A DNA stretch of 64,000 nucleotides, taken from positions 7,578,229 through 7,642,228 of the forward strand of contig NC_068995.1 in assembly GCF_001194135.2 (NCBI RefSeq). The letters are read 5' to 3'. Positions within the stretch are counted from its first letter, which is position 1, and each line of letters begins with the position of its first letter. The notes under the pieces were generated by a model. It was not told the DNA's origin, searched no databases, and saw only the letters and a list, made by a program, of their open reading frames with translations. The position numbers were made by a program, and so were the translations under genes. Below are positions 1 through 14,156 of the stretch, one piece after another. This DNA is from Octopus bimaculoides (taxonomy: Eukaryota).

Positions 1-874
1 TATATATATGTATGTATATGAGGAGGGAGTGAGAGAAAGGCTGATCAATCCTTTAGTGAATGATTGAAATGAAATGGACAACTTCCTTACCGTCGTTTTT
101 ACCTCCTCCCTCTGTAATGGGCCCTACCCTCTCATTCGCAAATCTTCCTCCTTCTCCTATGCTTTTGTCCATTGTATCAATTACGCTATCCAGCGTATCA
201 TTTAGGTCTTTCTAATAGACCTACGGTGAACAAAAGTCATATGTAGCTGTGAGCCATCTTCCAGTGAAACAGGAAATATATTTGAACGATCCATCTGTGA
301 CATGAGCCCTTGTTTTATACGAAGGTGACAGTGGCGTTGCTGTTGGTGATGGAAGTGATTAAAGGTGGGAGACAATGGCGATAATAAAACTGAAATTCTT
401 CCTTTCTGGTTCATGAACTTCTATTAAGCACCATGTCAATAAAACGGTCTCATACTGGTATTGTGTATTAAATGATGTATTGGCTAATAATATTTTCTTT
501 CATGAAAATGTCTGCCAGAATCACTGGTTCTGTCTTTTTCTCATGAGGCACACAGAAATGTCTAGTCCTAAATTTTTATTTCTCTCCTTACTGTAGACAA
601 ACATCTGAAATTGCTTCCCAAGATATATGCGTATAAATTCTGTTTTCCCCAAATGCCTGTACGTCCTTCTTCCTACCGTACAAAAAATAATACTTCTCCG
701 TGGATTGACTTTACTTCAATACTAACAACAAATACTGAATTTATTCTGGTGTCACATAAGAAAATGCTATGCCTAAAATGTCTGAAGTTATTTCCTTCGC
801 CGCAACAAGAAAAACACTAATCCTAAATATCTGAAATCTCTTATATATTATCTTCTATCTTTTAATTGTTTTAG

Positions 875-1030
875 TTTCCGACTGCGGCCATATTGAGATA
901 TCGGCTTGAAGATTTTTTAGTCGAATGAATCGAACCTAGTACTTAATTTTTCTAACCTTGGTACTTTTTCAATGGAATGCTGTTGAATCGAGGACGTAAA
1001 CGCACCAACACCGGTTCTCAAGCAGTTGTT
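875..1030 (-). mobile_element. SINE family B, 3' half (degenerate)
   Basis: + strand reads gactgcggccatattgag...tttagtcgaatgaatcgaacctagtact...ggacgtaaacgcaccaacaccggttctcaagc. Related pieces occur at 6905-6972 (opposite orientation) and 38520-38610. Linking it to family B relies on my recollection of the octopus SINE consensus. Confidence 0.6.
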
Positions 1031-1293
1031 TTGTTATCTTATCAGAAGCCTTGTTCGTTTAAGTGTCTACTGAGTTTATTGTGGTGATAATCAGGCGTAC
1101 GACGGCGGAAAACTGGTTGCTTTAAGAACCTCACTTGATTCCACAGTATGGTTGTTTCACGCTTGCCTAGTTTTCAATATTCTTGTTTGCCTTTTGTTTA
1201 CTTCATAACTAAAAACAAAGAAAATAATAAAAGAAACAGAAAACGAAAGTAAACTCTGTATTTAAGCAATAGATACATTATTATTCCACAGAC

Positions 1294-1495
1294 TGAGCGG
1301 TATTTCGTCTGCCGTTACATTCTGAGTTCAAATTCTGCCGAGGTCGACTTTACCTTTTATCATTTCGGGGTCGATGTAATTGACTTAATCCCTTTGCCTG
1401 TCTTTGTTTGTCCCCTCTAAGTACCAGTTACTTTCGGGATCAACATAAAAGTACCAATGGACTACTGAGATCGATGTTATTGATCATATCTCCAC
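1294..1495 (+). mobile_element. SINE family A (tRNA-derived), rearranged copy
   Basis: Contains gagcggtatttcgtctgccgttacattctgagttcaaattctgccgaggtcgactttaccttttatcatttcggggtcgat, shared with copies at 1608, 8518, 21005, 27886, 29550, 32200 and 45281. Confidence 0.8.
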
Positions 1496-1607
1496 ATAAT
1501 CCCTGTTCGTGTATACTAAGTAAGGCACATCCTTGATCATGTCATTTTTTTTTTATCTGTATATATAGGAAAGCGTAGTACAATATAGGCTTCGAATATT
1601 TAAGACC

Positions 1608-1773
1608 GTGTATTTCGTCTGTCTTTACGTTCTGAGTTCATATTTCGCCGAGGTCGACTGTGTCTTTGATCCTTTCGGGGGTCGATAAATTAAGTACCAG
1701 TTGCCTACTGGAGCCGATCTAATCGACTGGCCACCCTTCTAAAAATTTCGGGCCTTGTGCCTAGAGTAAAAAA
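1608..1773 (+). mobile_element. SINE family A, 5'-truncated, with 14-bp flanking direct repeat
   Basis: Family A core and tail; gaatatttaagacc occurs at 1594-1607 and 1774-1787. Confidence 0.85.
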
Positions 1774-2704
1774 GAATATTTAAGACCTCTGTGTATGAAA
1801 CGAGGGCGATTTACAAGTCAACAACCACGTAGAGGTTCTCTCGTCTGTATTTTTTTCTGATGTTATTGATTGAAAATGGCGGAAGACCGGACTTGTAATC
1901 TCTCATTTTCTACACATCGTAAAAGTTATGAGAAAGAATAAAATAAAACGAATTAAAGCACAACCACATCAAGATTACATTTAAAATCGCTATCGACGCT
2001 GATGAAATGAAATGTCCGCGTCGAACATATTAAAGACGACGAGCAAAACACTTGTACCACTTTGATAAACGTATCTGTCTCTGATGTGGTCTGTCTCTCA
2101 ATGTCTTTTACTAATCGGAGGATGATGATTACAATGATGACAATGACGACGACGATGATGTTGATGATGTTGATGATGACAACGACGGTGATGGCGATAG
2201 AGCAGTAACATCAATTTTAAAGATTGACTGCAAAACAAACGCTACTCAGCAGTGAATATGTAATTTGAACGGCGTAGATTAAGTGGATATGTGGGATGGG
2301 TGAAAAAAAAAACGAAGAAGAAATAAATAAATAAATAAACGTATATTCTGTACTGTTATTTAATGGAATCATCCAACGGCATAGATAATAAATGTTCTAC
2401 TTAGAAGCGAGCAGAAAAGAAACTAGAAACACATTCAAACGGATGAGATGTCTAGAAGCAGAAACTTTCGGGAACTAGTTTAATGGACGAGGTTAAACTA
2501 ACATAATGGACATGGCGAGATTCGTGGCGAATACAGAGGAAAATAAAGTATTTTGTGTAATTCACAGGATATATCTTGCACTTTCTTACTGTTTAGCATA
2601 AGACTTTGCTAATCTCATTTTTTCTTTCGCGATTCACACACATATTTACATATACATATGGGTATGTATGTGTTTATATCTATATATACATACCTGTATG
2701 TATG

Positions 2705-2784
<80 letters not shown>

Positions 2785-2786
<2 letters not shown>

Positions 2787-2890
2787 GTAATTCCTCTACT
2801 GTTGTAGGTGTTACGTTGCAAAACCCTCCGCGATAGTTGAAAATCTGCGAAGTAGAAACAGTAGAAGTAGAACAGCGAAGTAGAAAATGA
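2785..2890 (+). mobile_element. pogo/Tigger-like DNA transposon end fragment
   Basis: cagtaattcctctactgttgtaggtgttacgttgcaaaaccctccgcgatagttgaaaatctgcgaagtag follows (TA)n and resembles pogo/Tigger-type termini as I recall them. No partner TIR was found. Confidence 0.4.
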
Positions 2891-5800
2891 ACCTAAATGT
2901 TTTAGAGACAATTTCCCAACTTGTAGACTTCTGATTCGATCTCGTTACATAGCATCTGGGCAGTGGTCATTTTCTATAGACATGTGGAAGGCATCAATGA
3001 GGAAATTTCAGGGATCAACAAGTTATGGTGTAAAGTTTGATACTGTACAACTAAGAGAATTCGTTGAATGCATGAATGTATTACTTTATGACTTATCAGG
3101 GAGGTTTCGATGAAGAATCATTTTAGCTCATTATTGATTATTAAGCCAATATTTACATTCTAATATTTCTAACTTTATCGGATTCTAGTGTCCAAAAAGA
3201 ATTATTTCATGTTTTCTCTTGAAGTATCTAAATTCTTAAGAAGTTGACAACATACAATTGTTGTGGTAAGGATAAGGTTTCTAATATGGATGAAGAAATC
3301 CAAAAGATTGCTGTGGTCCAATGCTAGAACGTTTGTCATGTTTACAATTGCGGGTTCCAATCTTATTTCGACATTTTCTAATCTAATATTTGCATGCTAT
3401 TATTTCGAGCTTTATCTGCTTTGAGATTACTAACTTCAAAGTCTTTGCTTTGAATTTATAAAACAATTTTTAGATTAACAAAAATCGTATTTTTTGTTAT
3501 CATACAAATGTAGCTGTGAGACCTGGCAGCTGGAATACCTTTGCCCTTATGTTACTCGTTTTCCATTATTGATATATTTGCACGTCATCACNNNNNNNNN
3601 NNNNNNNNNNNNNNNNNNNNNNNNNNNNNNNNNNNNNNNNNNNNNNNNNNNNNNNNNNNNNNNNNNNNNNNNNNNNNNNNNNNNNNNNNNNNNNNNNNNN
3701 NNNNNNNNNNNNNNNNNNNNNNNNNNNNNNNNNNNNNNNNNNNNNNNNNNNNNNNNNNNNNNNNNNNNNNNNNNNNNNNNNNNNNNNNNNNNNNNNNNNN
3801 NNNNNNNNNNNNNNNNNNNNNNNNNNNNNNNNNNNNNNNNNNNNNNNNNNNNNNNNNNNNNNNNNNNNNNNNNNNNNNNNNNNNNNNNNNNNNNNNNNNN
3901 NNNNNNNNNNNNNNNNNNNNNNNNNNNNNNNNNNNNNNNNNNNNNNNNNNNNNNNNNNNNNNNNNNNNNNNNNNNNNNNNNNNNNNNNNNNNNNNNNNNN
4001 NNNNNNNNNNNNNNNNNNNNNNNNNNNNNNNNNNNNNNNNNNNNNNNNNNNNNNNNNNNNNNNNNNNNNNNNNNNNNNNNNNNNNNNNNNNNNNNNNNNN
4101 NNNNNNNNNNNNNNNNNNNNNNNNNATATGTATATATTTATATATATATATATACATAGTGAGGGGGGACATAGGCAGTTAGATAGATAGATAGATAGAT
4201 AGATAATTTATTCCTGCAACATGCCAACATCAGATAAATTAGATTTTTCTTGAATAGCAAATCAGGACCATCTAGTCTTTTATGACCCAATACAATCAGA
4301 ATAAATTCTGATTCTTGAAAACCTGGGGTTAAAAATACGGACAGTTATCAATCTCAAGGATTGGGAACAGCTGCTGGACATCTAAGAGAAAGATGACTAG
4401 TGTATATATTAAGTATTCTTATATTATTGATGTTACTATGTTTACATAACAGGGCGGCAAATAAAGGAAGCTTTCGTTTTATCGAACGGTATTTATTAAC
4501 TTTCAGTTTCGAACTTAGAGGACATTACTATTCGGAGAGTCACAGCTGGTGGCAATCTACTATACACACGTACGTATATATAACACACCCACCCACTCAC
4601 CTAAACGCATATGCACACATATATGCATACACATACGCACATTTAAGTGCTAACGCGTACACAGAAGCATACTATCAAAGAGAGTATATATATATATATT
4701 TAAAACAGTTCAATTAGGCCCCATGTGGATATATATATATATATAAGCATTTATTTATTCACTTATATTCCTGAATTTGTTTGTGTGCCTAGGTATATGT
4801 ATATATGCTTTATATGAATACGTAAGAAATTTGCAAAGAAATATTAAGTGATTTAGAAGTTTCGACATATTTCCTTCCTCAGTGTGACGGCGTTGACTCT
4901 CATACGAAATTTCTCTCTGAAACTACACTGATCGGAAACGCTTGCATTTCATGCCGTATATTTCAGACCCCGAATGCAACTTGATTGCTCTTAGGGTAAA
5001 TCGAGAAAGAACGAGAAAAAAGGATAGGAAGAAAGGAAAAGTGGAATAAGAGAAAATAATCATAAATGTAAAGGGATTATGAGTTGTGTCCCTTTGGAAT
5101 TACTATGGAATGTCTAATTAATTTAATAGGAAAAGATTAAAGTTTGTGAGTCTTCGGTGTGTGTGGTGTTTTGCAGTTCAATAATAGAAACTTGTCCAGG
5201 TGCCTAAATTTAATGAAAATTTCGTCCGTAAATTTTCTTACATCTAAAAAGCATACACGATCTTTTAGTTATAAAAGTGCTGATTTTCTATGATCCATTA
5301 ACGTCTGGCGTGGATCAACTTACCTCGAAGCAAATTAGGGTCACTGGTTTGGACATATATGCAGAGGTCGCAAGTTCTATTTACATGCCTGCTATAGAGG
5401 TTTCTCGCCTGGTCTGAAATATTTCATGGCTTTTAATACTCGGAGTTATAAAGGGAGGTTTCCCATGACGCTACCCGACAATTATTAAGCGTATAAACAA
5501 AACGCATACGTTACGTATCTGATATCGATAATGTTAACATTATTACAGCTGTTTTGAATTCAAAATATATATATTAATGATTCTTGTCATGTCGAGTTAT
5601 AATTAAAGCAATTTTACTTTAAACCGAAGGATTACTCTTTATATTTTACAGAGTGCATATTTATTTGCTTCGCAAGTAATGCGGTGTGAGTGACTTCGAA
5701 GTTTAGGCTTGCCTTTTCAGCCTATAATACATTTGAGCTTTAGACAGACTTTGGTAATTGTTTTCTCGGATTGGCAGAGATATGTTAGGTAATAATTAGG

Positions 5801-6103
5801 TTGGAGGGTAAGTTCTGATGGAAATGTATTATAGAAGTTCTTTTTTTAACGTTGGAGTTGTATTATTGTTCAGAGTTCAGTAAAGTATATGAAACTTGTA
5901 ATCAGGTGGGTCTGCTTAGAGTGTCAGCTTCAGGACATGGAGTTTTTCTTTAGTATTTTCAAAAGAATGAATGTGAGTGAAAAGTTTAGTTCCGGAATAG
6001 TGCCAATATGGTGTTCACACACACACAAACACACATACAGATACACACATATATATTTGTATGTATGTATGCATGTGTGTATGCACGTATGTATATGCAT
6101 ATG

Positions 6104-6191
<88 letters not shown>

Positions 6192-6904
6192 TATGCATGA
6201 GTATATATTATTTATGCATATACATGCATATAAATGTATTATATGTATACTATATATAGAAGACATACTTTATACCTACATGCATATATTGATGCCTATA
6301 TTGATATACAAATTTATCCATGTATATATACGAACATATTCACGCATATGCACATATTCAAATAGGTATATATATATATACACACACATATAAATATATA
6401 CATGCAAATACACACAAACTCACTCATACACACACACACACAAACACACACACGCACATACATATGAAGATAGCATGTTTATGTTGAGAGATATATGGCA
6501 ACATCCTCGACTGTGGCTATAAATCCTCACTATAGCATCTGCAGTATCATTCCTTTTACGATGATATATGAGATACACGATATTAATGGCAACTTAACCT
6601 TTAGTATATTATATTGGCAGCAGCTTAATACGGCTAACTACGGTGATGACGACGACGTTACATAACTGCATCATTGTCACTATTAGCGCTGTGTTTCAGT
6701 AAACTTCTCTGTATCCAATATGGCCGCTATTTATACCACAAATTTGTAAGCACCAAAACCATTGGCAAAGACGGATGCCATCAGCACCACCACTACCACC
6801 ACCACCACCACCACCTCTACCAAAATTACCATCAACATTACAATTATAACCACCAGAACCACTACCACCACCATGAAATCCAATATTTCAAAACATAAAT
6901 TCTA

Positions 6905-6972
6905 GTTTCGATTTTTCGGCTAAATTCTTCCGGGTGGTGCCTTACATGGTTGCAGTCATTGGCCGAAATGAG
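6905..6972 (+). mobile_element. SINE family B, 3'-end fragment
   Basis: ggtggtgccttacatggttgcagtcattggccgaaa is a degenerate reverse complement of the start of the 875 element. Confidence 0.45.
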
Positions 6973-7065
6973 ATGATACCCGACACCCTGTCTATTTCAA
7001 TTTTTATAATATATCTTCCGCTCGGTTGGCAAAAATTAGTATTTCTGCAACAGAGCGGCCTTCTG

Positions 7066-7860
7066 TTCGGGTGGTATCAAATAGTTCTTGGACTAGTTCT
7101 GTAGCTCACCAAAAAAATGGCTGCACACATTTGCACATGAAACGACAGCTAGCTAGCATAAACCGTCATGAAGCAGTGGGCCGAATGACATTGCTGTGTT
7201 TACTTTTCAAGTTGTGAAATTTGTGTTTTTGCCATCACGTGTAGCCTGTACCCTACGATTTTTGTGATTAACAGGAAGTTTGAACAAAGGTTAAGCATGA
7301 AATTTTGCGTTGAACTTGGGAAGCCTGCTACAGTGACATTAAGCATACTTTGGCCAGCTTTCTGCGACAAGGCAATGGAGCGTACGTAGTGTTTCGAGTG
7401 GCACGGGTGCTTCAAATGCGGAAGAACGTCCCTGGAATACGATGAGCGATATGAAAGACCTTCCACAACCGTCACCCCCAGAAATGTGGAGAAAATTCAT
7501 CAGCTTTTTGCATGAAGATCATCGGTGAACAATCAACGATATTGCTGATGTTGTCGGTCTGTCGTAAGGGTCCGTGCAGGCAATCCGAACCCCTGAATTC
7601 TTTACGATGACTCTACGCCCTGTCACCGGGATCTCACTACGAGAGAGTTTCTTGCTAAAACAACATGGTGTCGCTTCCGCACCGGCCCTATTTGCTAGAT
7701 TTAGCTCCCGCGGACTTCCATCTCTTCCTAAAGATGAAAATTCAGCTCACACTCGCCGTTTTAATACCGCTGTCGGGATCCAGAGCGAATCGCTTACGGA
7801 AAACAACTTCCAGGCCGTATTCCAAAACTGACAGAAACGCTGGGACCGGTGTATTGCTGT
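7066..7860 (+). mobile_element. mariner transposon, internally deleted, transposase pseudogene
   Basis: The 5' TIR ggtggtatcaaatagttcttggactagtt matches the 60548 copy. The frame EQRLSMKFCVELGKPAT...CFEWHGCFKCGRTSLEYDERYERPST matches the mariner HTH region, and PHRPYLLDLAPADFHLFLKMK matches the YSPDLAP motif region. Confidence 0.9.
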
Positions 7861-8369
7861 ACATGTAACATAATCAACACATGTTTATACAACTTCCTAC
7901 AAGTTTTCACGTTCGCCTGAAAAAATATAACCAGCGAAAACAACCACCGACACGATAACCATTGTACTTGACATTGCTTATATTTTCCTCACCTTTTCTT
8001 TTTACTGAAATGATTATAGCATCCAGTTACCGAATTGTGAATACTGAGTAATTTCCTGTTCTTCTCCTATTAAAATTCTCCATTTCAACAAATTTATTAC
8101 TTTGAAGGAGTAGCTTATTCCTGGACGGTTAGTGTAGTTATAATTGCTGTCTTATTTCTAATATCGAGTTCAGTGTTTAATATTAACATGAATCCTCTGT
8201 AGTGCTCACGTCTAATTTTCTCCTTCGTTTCTGTTTATTGTTTCTTATGAATTTCATCTTTTCTTAATTATTTGTATGGATGCTTCAAGTGTAACTCTCA
8301 CATTTCAATGCCTGGATATAATTTCATCTTTTCTGTTTCGGTCAAATTGTCTATTCTTATTCTAAGTAT

Positions 8370-8401
8370 TGTTGTTGTTGTTGTTGTTATTATTATCATT
8401 A

Positions 8402-8433
<32 letters not shown>

Positions 8434-8452
8434 GTTATTATTNNNNNNNNNN

Positions 8453-8517
<65 letters not shown>
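8370..8517 (+). repeat. (ATT)n microsatellite abutting a SINE head (contains a 10-N gap)
   Basis: Read directly from sequence. Confidence 0.95.
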
Positions 8518-8727
8518 GTGAGCTGGCAGAATCGTTAGCACGCCGGGCAAAATGCTTAGTGGCATTTCATCCGGCCTTACGTTCTGAGTTCAAATTCCGC
8601 CGAGGTCGACTTTGCCTTTCATCCTTTCGGTTTCGATAAAATAGGTACCGTTTGAGTACTGAGATCGATGTAATCTATTATCCCTTATCCCCAAAATTTC
8701 AAACCTTGTGCCTATAAAAGAAAGGAT
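8518..8727 (+). mobile_element. SINE family A, near full length
   Basis: A-box-like tggcagaatcgttag, B-box-like gagttcaaattcc, core gtcgactttgcctttcatcctttcgg, tail ccttgtgcctataaaagaaaggatt. Confidence 0.9.
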
Positions 8728-8813
8728 TGTCAATAATATTAATATGCCAATTTGTTCTTTTTGTCCGTACCTGTTGTGTGTGTCACACTTGCTTCAAAAA
8801 AGAAGTGAGTTGC

Positions 8814-8877
<64 letters not shown>

Positions 8878-8987
8878 NNNNNNNNNNNNNNNNNNNNNNN
8901 NNNNNNNNNNNNNNNNNNNNNNNNNNNNNNNNNNNNNNNNNNNNNNNNNNNNTGTTTTTAAATGTTTCAGAAAAAAAGTAAGAGAGA

Positions 8988-9027
<40 letters not shown>

Positions 9028-9312
9028 AAGAGAGAGAGAGAGATAGATAGAGAGAGAGATAGAGAGACGATCGAGCTTTTCTAGTTTTAACAATGAAGAA
9101 GAGGGAAAAGCATTTAGTAACGAATAGAGGGAAAGTCTATCAGGTATTTACGATTTTATTCTGAGTGTTCTAGAACGATCGACTGTTAGTTAGCTCTTCT
9201 TTCTCCCACCTGCGGCACTTATTCGCCTTCTTTCATAGTTCTTCATGTCTTTAACTTGGGTGGAGAGGGCTCTTGTTTTCTTCTTTTCTTGTAATAGTTT
9301 GCCTTCTCATCA

Positions 9313-9381
9313 GCACTGAGGTCGATGTAATCGACTCACATCTCCCCACAAATTGCTGACCTTGTATCAAAATTTGAAATC
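9313..9381 (+). mobile_element. SINE family A, 3' fragment
   Basis: actgaggtcgatgtaatcgactcacatctccccacaaattgctgaccttgtatcaaaatttgaaa matches the family A tail. Confidence 0.65.
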
Positions 9382-10086
9382 GACATAACCATCTATTTCG
9401 CACCTAACAAATTTAAAGTCATATACCTATATTAGAAACCATCACTTTAAATATTAATCTTATCTTCAGATTAACCACGTATCAGACTAAAGAACAAACA
9501 ATAAGTAATTATTCCATCTAAACACTTCGTTATAGCACTTCCAGGTTAGACAATGCCGTGTAATCGTGCAGTGGCTCTATAACATATGCGTTCGTGGTAC
9601 GTATACGTTCGAACGCATACAGAAAACTGGTTATCAAAACGCAAGGAAAGCTCCCATATTGCACATATAGGATAATGATATCCGCTTATTTATGTTTTGA
9701 TTTTTTTAATGAAAGTCAATGTAAAGATACAATATTTTGATATCCGCCCTTACAATGACTCCTACCCATCCGTAACAGAAAGCCTCTGTCTAGGGACAAC
9801 ATATATCATTATTATAATTATTATATGATGTATTAGTGCTTAATTTCCCTAGTGTTGAGGTGTTGGATATCAATTTATGCATGGTGTTTCTTCCAATGAA
9901 TGTAACGTCCGTGTGTGCGTGTGTCTATGTGCACGTCTGTGTGAGTGCGTGTGTGTGTGTGTGTGTGTAAGCATGTGTTTTTGTGATGTTTGTGTATGGT
10001 TATACGTGAACAAGTCAGTTTTAGTGTCTATGAGTGTGTGTATGCATGTATAAATATGGATATATGCATAGCGTATACACACACAC

Positions 10087-10138
<52 letters not shown>

Positions 10139-10489
10139 TTATATATATATATATATATANNNNNNNNNNNNNNNNNNNNNNNNNNNNNNNNNNNNNNNNN
10201 NNNNNNNNNNNNNNNNNNNNNNNNNNNNNNNNNNNNNNNNNNNNNNNNNNNNNNNNNNNNNNNNNNNNNNNNNNNNNNNNNNNNNNNNNNNNNNNNNNNN
10301 NNNNNNNNNNNNNNNNNNNNNNNNNNNNNNNNNNNNNNNNNNNNNNNNNNNNNNNNNNNNNNNNNNNNNNNNNNNNNNNNNNNNNNNNNNNNNNNNNNNN
10401 NNNNNNNNNNNNNNNNNNNNNNNNNNNNNNNNNNNNNNNNNNNNNNNNNNNNNNNNNNNNNNNNNNNNNNNNNNNNNNNNNNNNNNNNN

Positions 10490-10536
<47 letters not shown>

Positions 10537-10679
10537 GTATATACGTGGTGTCATGGAAAGAAGAGTGAAATGCTGTGAATTGGCTGGAGGCCTGAGACAA
10601 ACAAATTGTAAAGAAAGACGGAAATAGATAATGATGAACTGAAAGGCTAATTAATTTCCTTTCACGACATCCTTGTTTT

Positions 10680-11085
10680 GTTATTATTATTGTTGTTAAT
10701 CTTCTTCCTCATCATCTCTACTTCTTTCTTCAACTTCATCTCATCAGCATTTTTATTTTGACTTGGCTCAGGTTCGTTCTTATTCCTAGTAAGATTTATG
10801 TGGGTAGCGGGTTACGACCTGTAACCTTAGGTATCTACAAGTTATCAGTTGACTTTCAAGTGCGTAGAAACCTCTTGATAATCTTTGCTATCCCTAAGAG
10901 ACAAACTTTGTATAGGTGCTCTACCGAGTATTCTATTCCAATCTTCTTCAACCATTTGTCTATATCTTTGCTTACTGTTTCCCAACGCACCAAATATTGT
11001 AGGAATGACCTTTACCGTTATCATGCTCCAAATTCTTCTTATTTCAAATTGTAAGGAATTGTATTTTTTTGTTTTGTTTTTCATC
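10680..11085 (-). mobile_element. R4/Dong-like non-LTR retrotransposon, 3' fragment (RLE domain C-terminus)
   Basis: KTKKYNSLQFEIRRIWSMITVKVIPTIFGALG, then after a frameshift TVSKDIDKWLKKIGIEYSVEHLYKVCLLGIAKIIKRFLRT*. This fits the K-x2-KY...PxxxGALG...LQKxxLLGTA pattern of R4-clade RLE elements. The 3' end runs into (AAT/AAC) repeats. Confidence 0.75.
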
Positions 11086-11179
11086 CTCTTAATTTACGAT
11101 CTTGGAATCAAATGTGCATGATGGATCGATCAGCGAGCAATATCGCTTTTCTTTATTTATGTATCTAACTACCTAGCTT

Positions 11180-11238
<59 letters not shown>

Positions 11239-12857
11239 GTCTGTCTGCCTATCTGTCTGTCTGTCTGNNNNNNNNNNNNNNNNNNNNNNNNNNNNNNNNN
11301 NNNNNNNNNNNNNNNNNNNNNNNNNNNNNNNNNNNNNNNNNNNNNNNNNNNNNNNNNNNNNNNNNNNNNNNNNNNNNNNNNNNNNNNNNNNNNNNNNNNN
11401 NNNNNNNNNNNNNNNNNNNNNNNNNNNNNNNNNNNNNNNNNNNNNNNNNNNNNNNNNNNNNNNNNNNNNNNNNNNNNNNNNNNNNNNNNNNNNNNNNNNN
11501 NNNNNNNNNNNNNNNNNNNNNNNNNNNNNNNNNNNNNNNNNNNNNNNNNNNNNNNNNNNNNNNNNNNNNNNNNNNNNNNNNNNNNNNNNNNNNNNNNNNN
11601 NNNNNNNNNNNNNNNNNNNNNNNNNNNNNNNNNNNNNNNNNNNNNNNNNNNNNNNNNNNNNNNNNNNNNNNNNNNNNNNNNNNNNNNNNNNNNNNNNNNN
11701 NNNNNNNNNNNNNNNNNNNNNNNNNNNNNNNNNNNNNNNNNNNNNNNNNNNNNNNNNNNNNNNNNNNNNNNNNNNNNNNNNNNNNNNNNNNNNNNNNNNN
11801 NNNNNNNNNNNNNNNNNNNNNNNNNNNNNNNNNNNNNNNNNNNNNNNNNNNNNNNNNNNNNNNNNNNNNNNNNNNNNNNNNNNNNNNNNNNNNNNNNNNN
11901 NNNNNNNNNNNNNNATGTATATATGAATATTCATATGACTATGTGTATATGCATTAAATTTACATAGTAAGCAATTATGGACGATGGAAAATTTGGCCTT
12001 AAACGACAATTCTTTAACAAATCGTTGAAGACCAATGTCGTATTGCTTCAGTGCAATAGCAACAGCACGCACACTACTGTTCTATATTTTGTAATCCGTC
12101 GAAATGAATGATGAGAGTGAAATAGTAGGAACAATACAAAACTCCGATTCATATCAACAGCCGTTTCGATAATTCATGCGGCAACTCTGCCAAGCAAACC
12201 TCTATTAAATAATTATTTATTCGTGTAATTAATTGAATTTAGTTGGATATAAGTTGGAAGTCATTTTAGGTTCGGACGAATAAATAATTAATCTATCTGT
12301 TTTGTTTAAATGGCTTAATATCACTCTGCTTATACGACTAAGTAACTAGCTGTTTGTTGAGCGCTTTGAGTTATTCACCACATTGAAGATTGAATTTCAA
12401 TCATTTTGATTAATAAGAAAACTGATTGGTTCATTTAAGTGTCTAGCTGATAAATATTTTAAATGTCTACGGTGAATTTCGTTCTTTGGACAACATGATG
12501 AATTTGGTGATAAACAAAGAACAGTTTGTCGACGAAAGGAGTTAGTGTGTGGTGGTGGTGGTGGGGATGAACTAATTGGTAACTGAATTTACTTAAATGA
12601 AGTTCTCTAGAATTTTATTTTTGCTTTATTTCTTGCACGGGACTAATTCAAATTTGATGTTCAATTACCCCCACCACACACATACACACACACACAGCCA
12701 CAGCACGCACACGCACAGAAACTTAAGCACGCACACATATATGTATACAAATATTTCGTATGCCCTTTTCTCTTGTACTAGTCAGATGTGAACTTCCCAT
12801 TATAACATTATAACACACAAACACCCACCCACATGCACACACACTCACTCATGCATG

Positions 12858-12889
<32 letters not shown>

Positions 12890-13476
12890 CACACACAGAG
12901 AAACTCACCAGCCCACAGTCACACACATCCGTATAAGATATTATTATTATTATTATTATATGTCCTTTTCTCTTGTATTTTGAGTAAATGTGTACTAAGA
13001 TGCGAACTTCACGTTAGTTTTATCTTAACACACACACAACCACTCATACACAGACACAGACACACACATAGACATATACACTCATACACAAGCAAACACA
13101 TTCACAAATATTAAATAAAACACACAGATATTCACGTACATAGATAGATAGATACTTGGTGAGTCTGTAGTAATGAATATCATATCATACATAGATGTAT
13201 GTTTGTTTTAGCAAAATTTCAAATATATCAAGAGGCGATATTCTAATAAATTGTTTTCTATTTATTATTCTGTCTATTTTGGTTTATACTGACATTAAAA
13301 TTTGATTATTTTGCAAAGAAACATTTTTACTGGAAATGGAAGATTTACAATCTGCATATATAATTGCAGACAACACATACCGGAACACACACACACACTT
13401 ACTTATATATACATATCAAAATACATACACGCATATATGATATAGATATCTGCATATATATATATANNNNNNNNNN

Positions 13477-13510
<34 letters not shown>

Positions 13511-14156
13511 CGCACATACATACATGGTCACACACATACACACACGCACACACACGCACACACACGCACACACACTCACACCTACATATATTAAGACATA
13601 CAAACGCTTAATTCAATGGCAGCTTAATATCAGCTTCCGTGTTATAGTTTCGAGCTACTAAACGTTTTGAAGACAGTATTTCAATAGTGAAACTTAATAT
13701 TTAAATAAACATTGGACTTTAATATATTAATAGTATCTGCTATTAAATGTGTGTATTGATCACACATTCTTATATGGCTTGCAGTACAATATTACTAGCA
13801 ATATACATGTCTATGTATGTATGTATGTATGTATGTATGTATGTATGTGATTGTTCAGTTTTACTTCAAGATTTCTTGCCAATAGAGAAAGAGCCGGTTT
13901 CTAACTTAGACCCAAGGCTCTTTCATCGGAATTTCACTTTACTGTAAGAATTACAAAAGAAAATATGGAAGTTTCAATCGACATTGTAAATTGCCTGGGT
14001 AATCAAAAAGTAGCTCACTCACACACGCATTCACTCACACACGCACTCACACACGCACTCAGTCACTCACTCACTCTCTCACTCACTCACTCACTCACTC
14101 ACTCACTCTCTCAATCGCTCACTTCTTTTTTGGGAGGTAAAACTTTTTTTATGGAT

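Noticed and set aside
1991-2030. CTGATGA...GAAAT-GTC flanked by tcgacg/cgtcga as a hammerhead
   Set aside because: No stem II can form and the spacing to stem I is wrong.
9585-9619. 10-bp perfect hairpin tatgcgttcg/cgaacgcata
   Set aside because: Too short and isolated to distinguish from chance in 64 kb.
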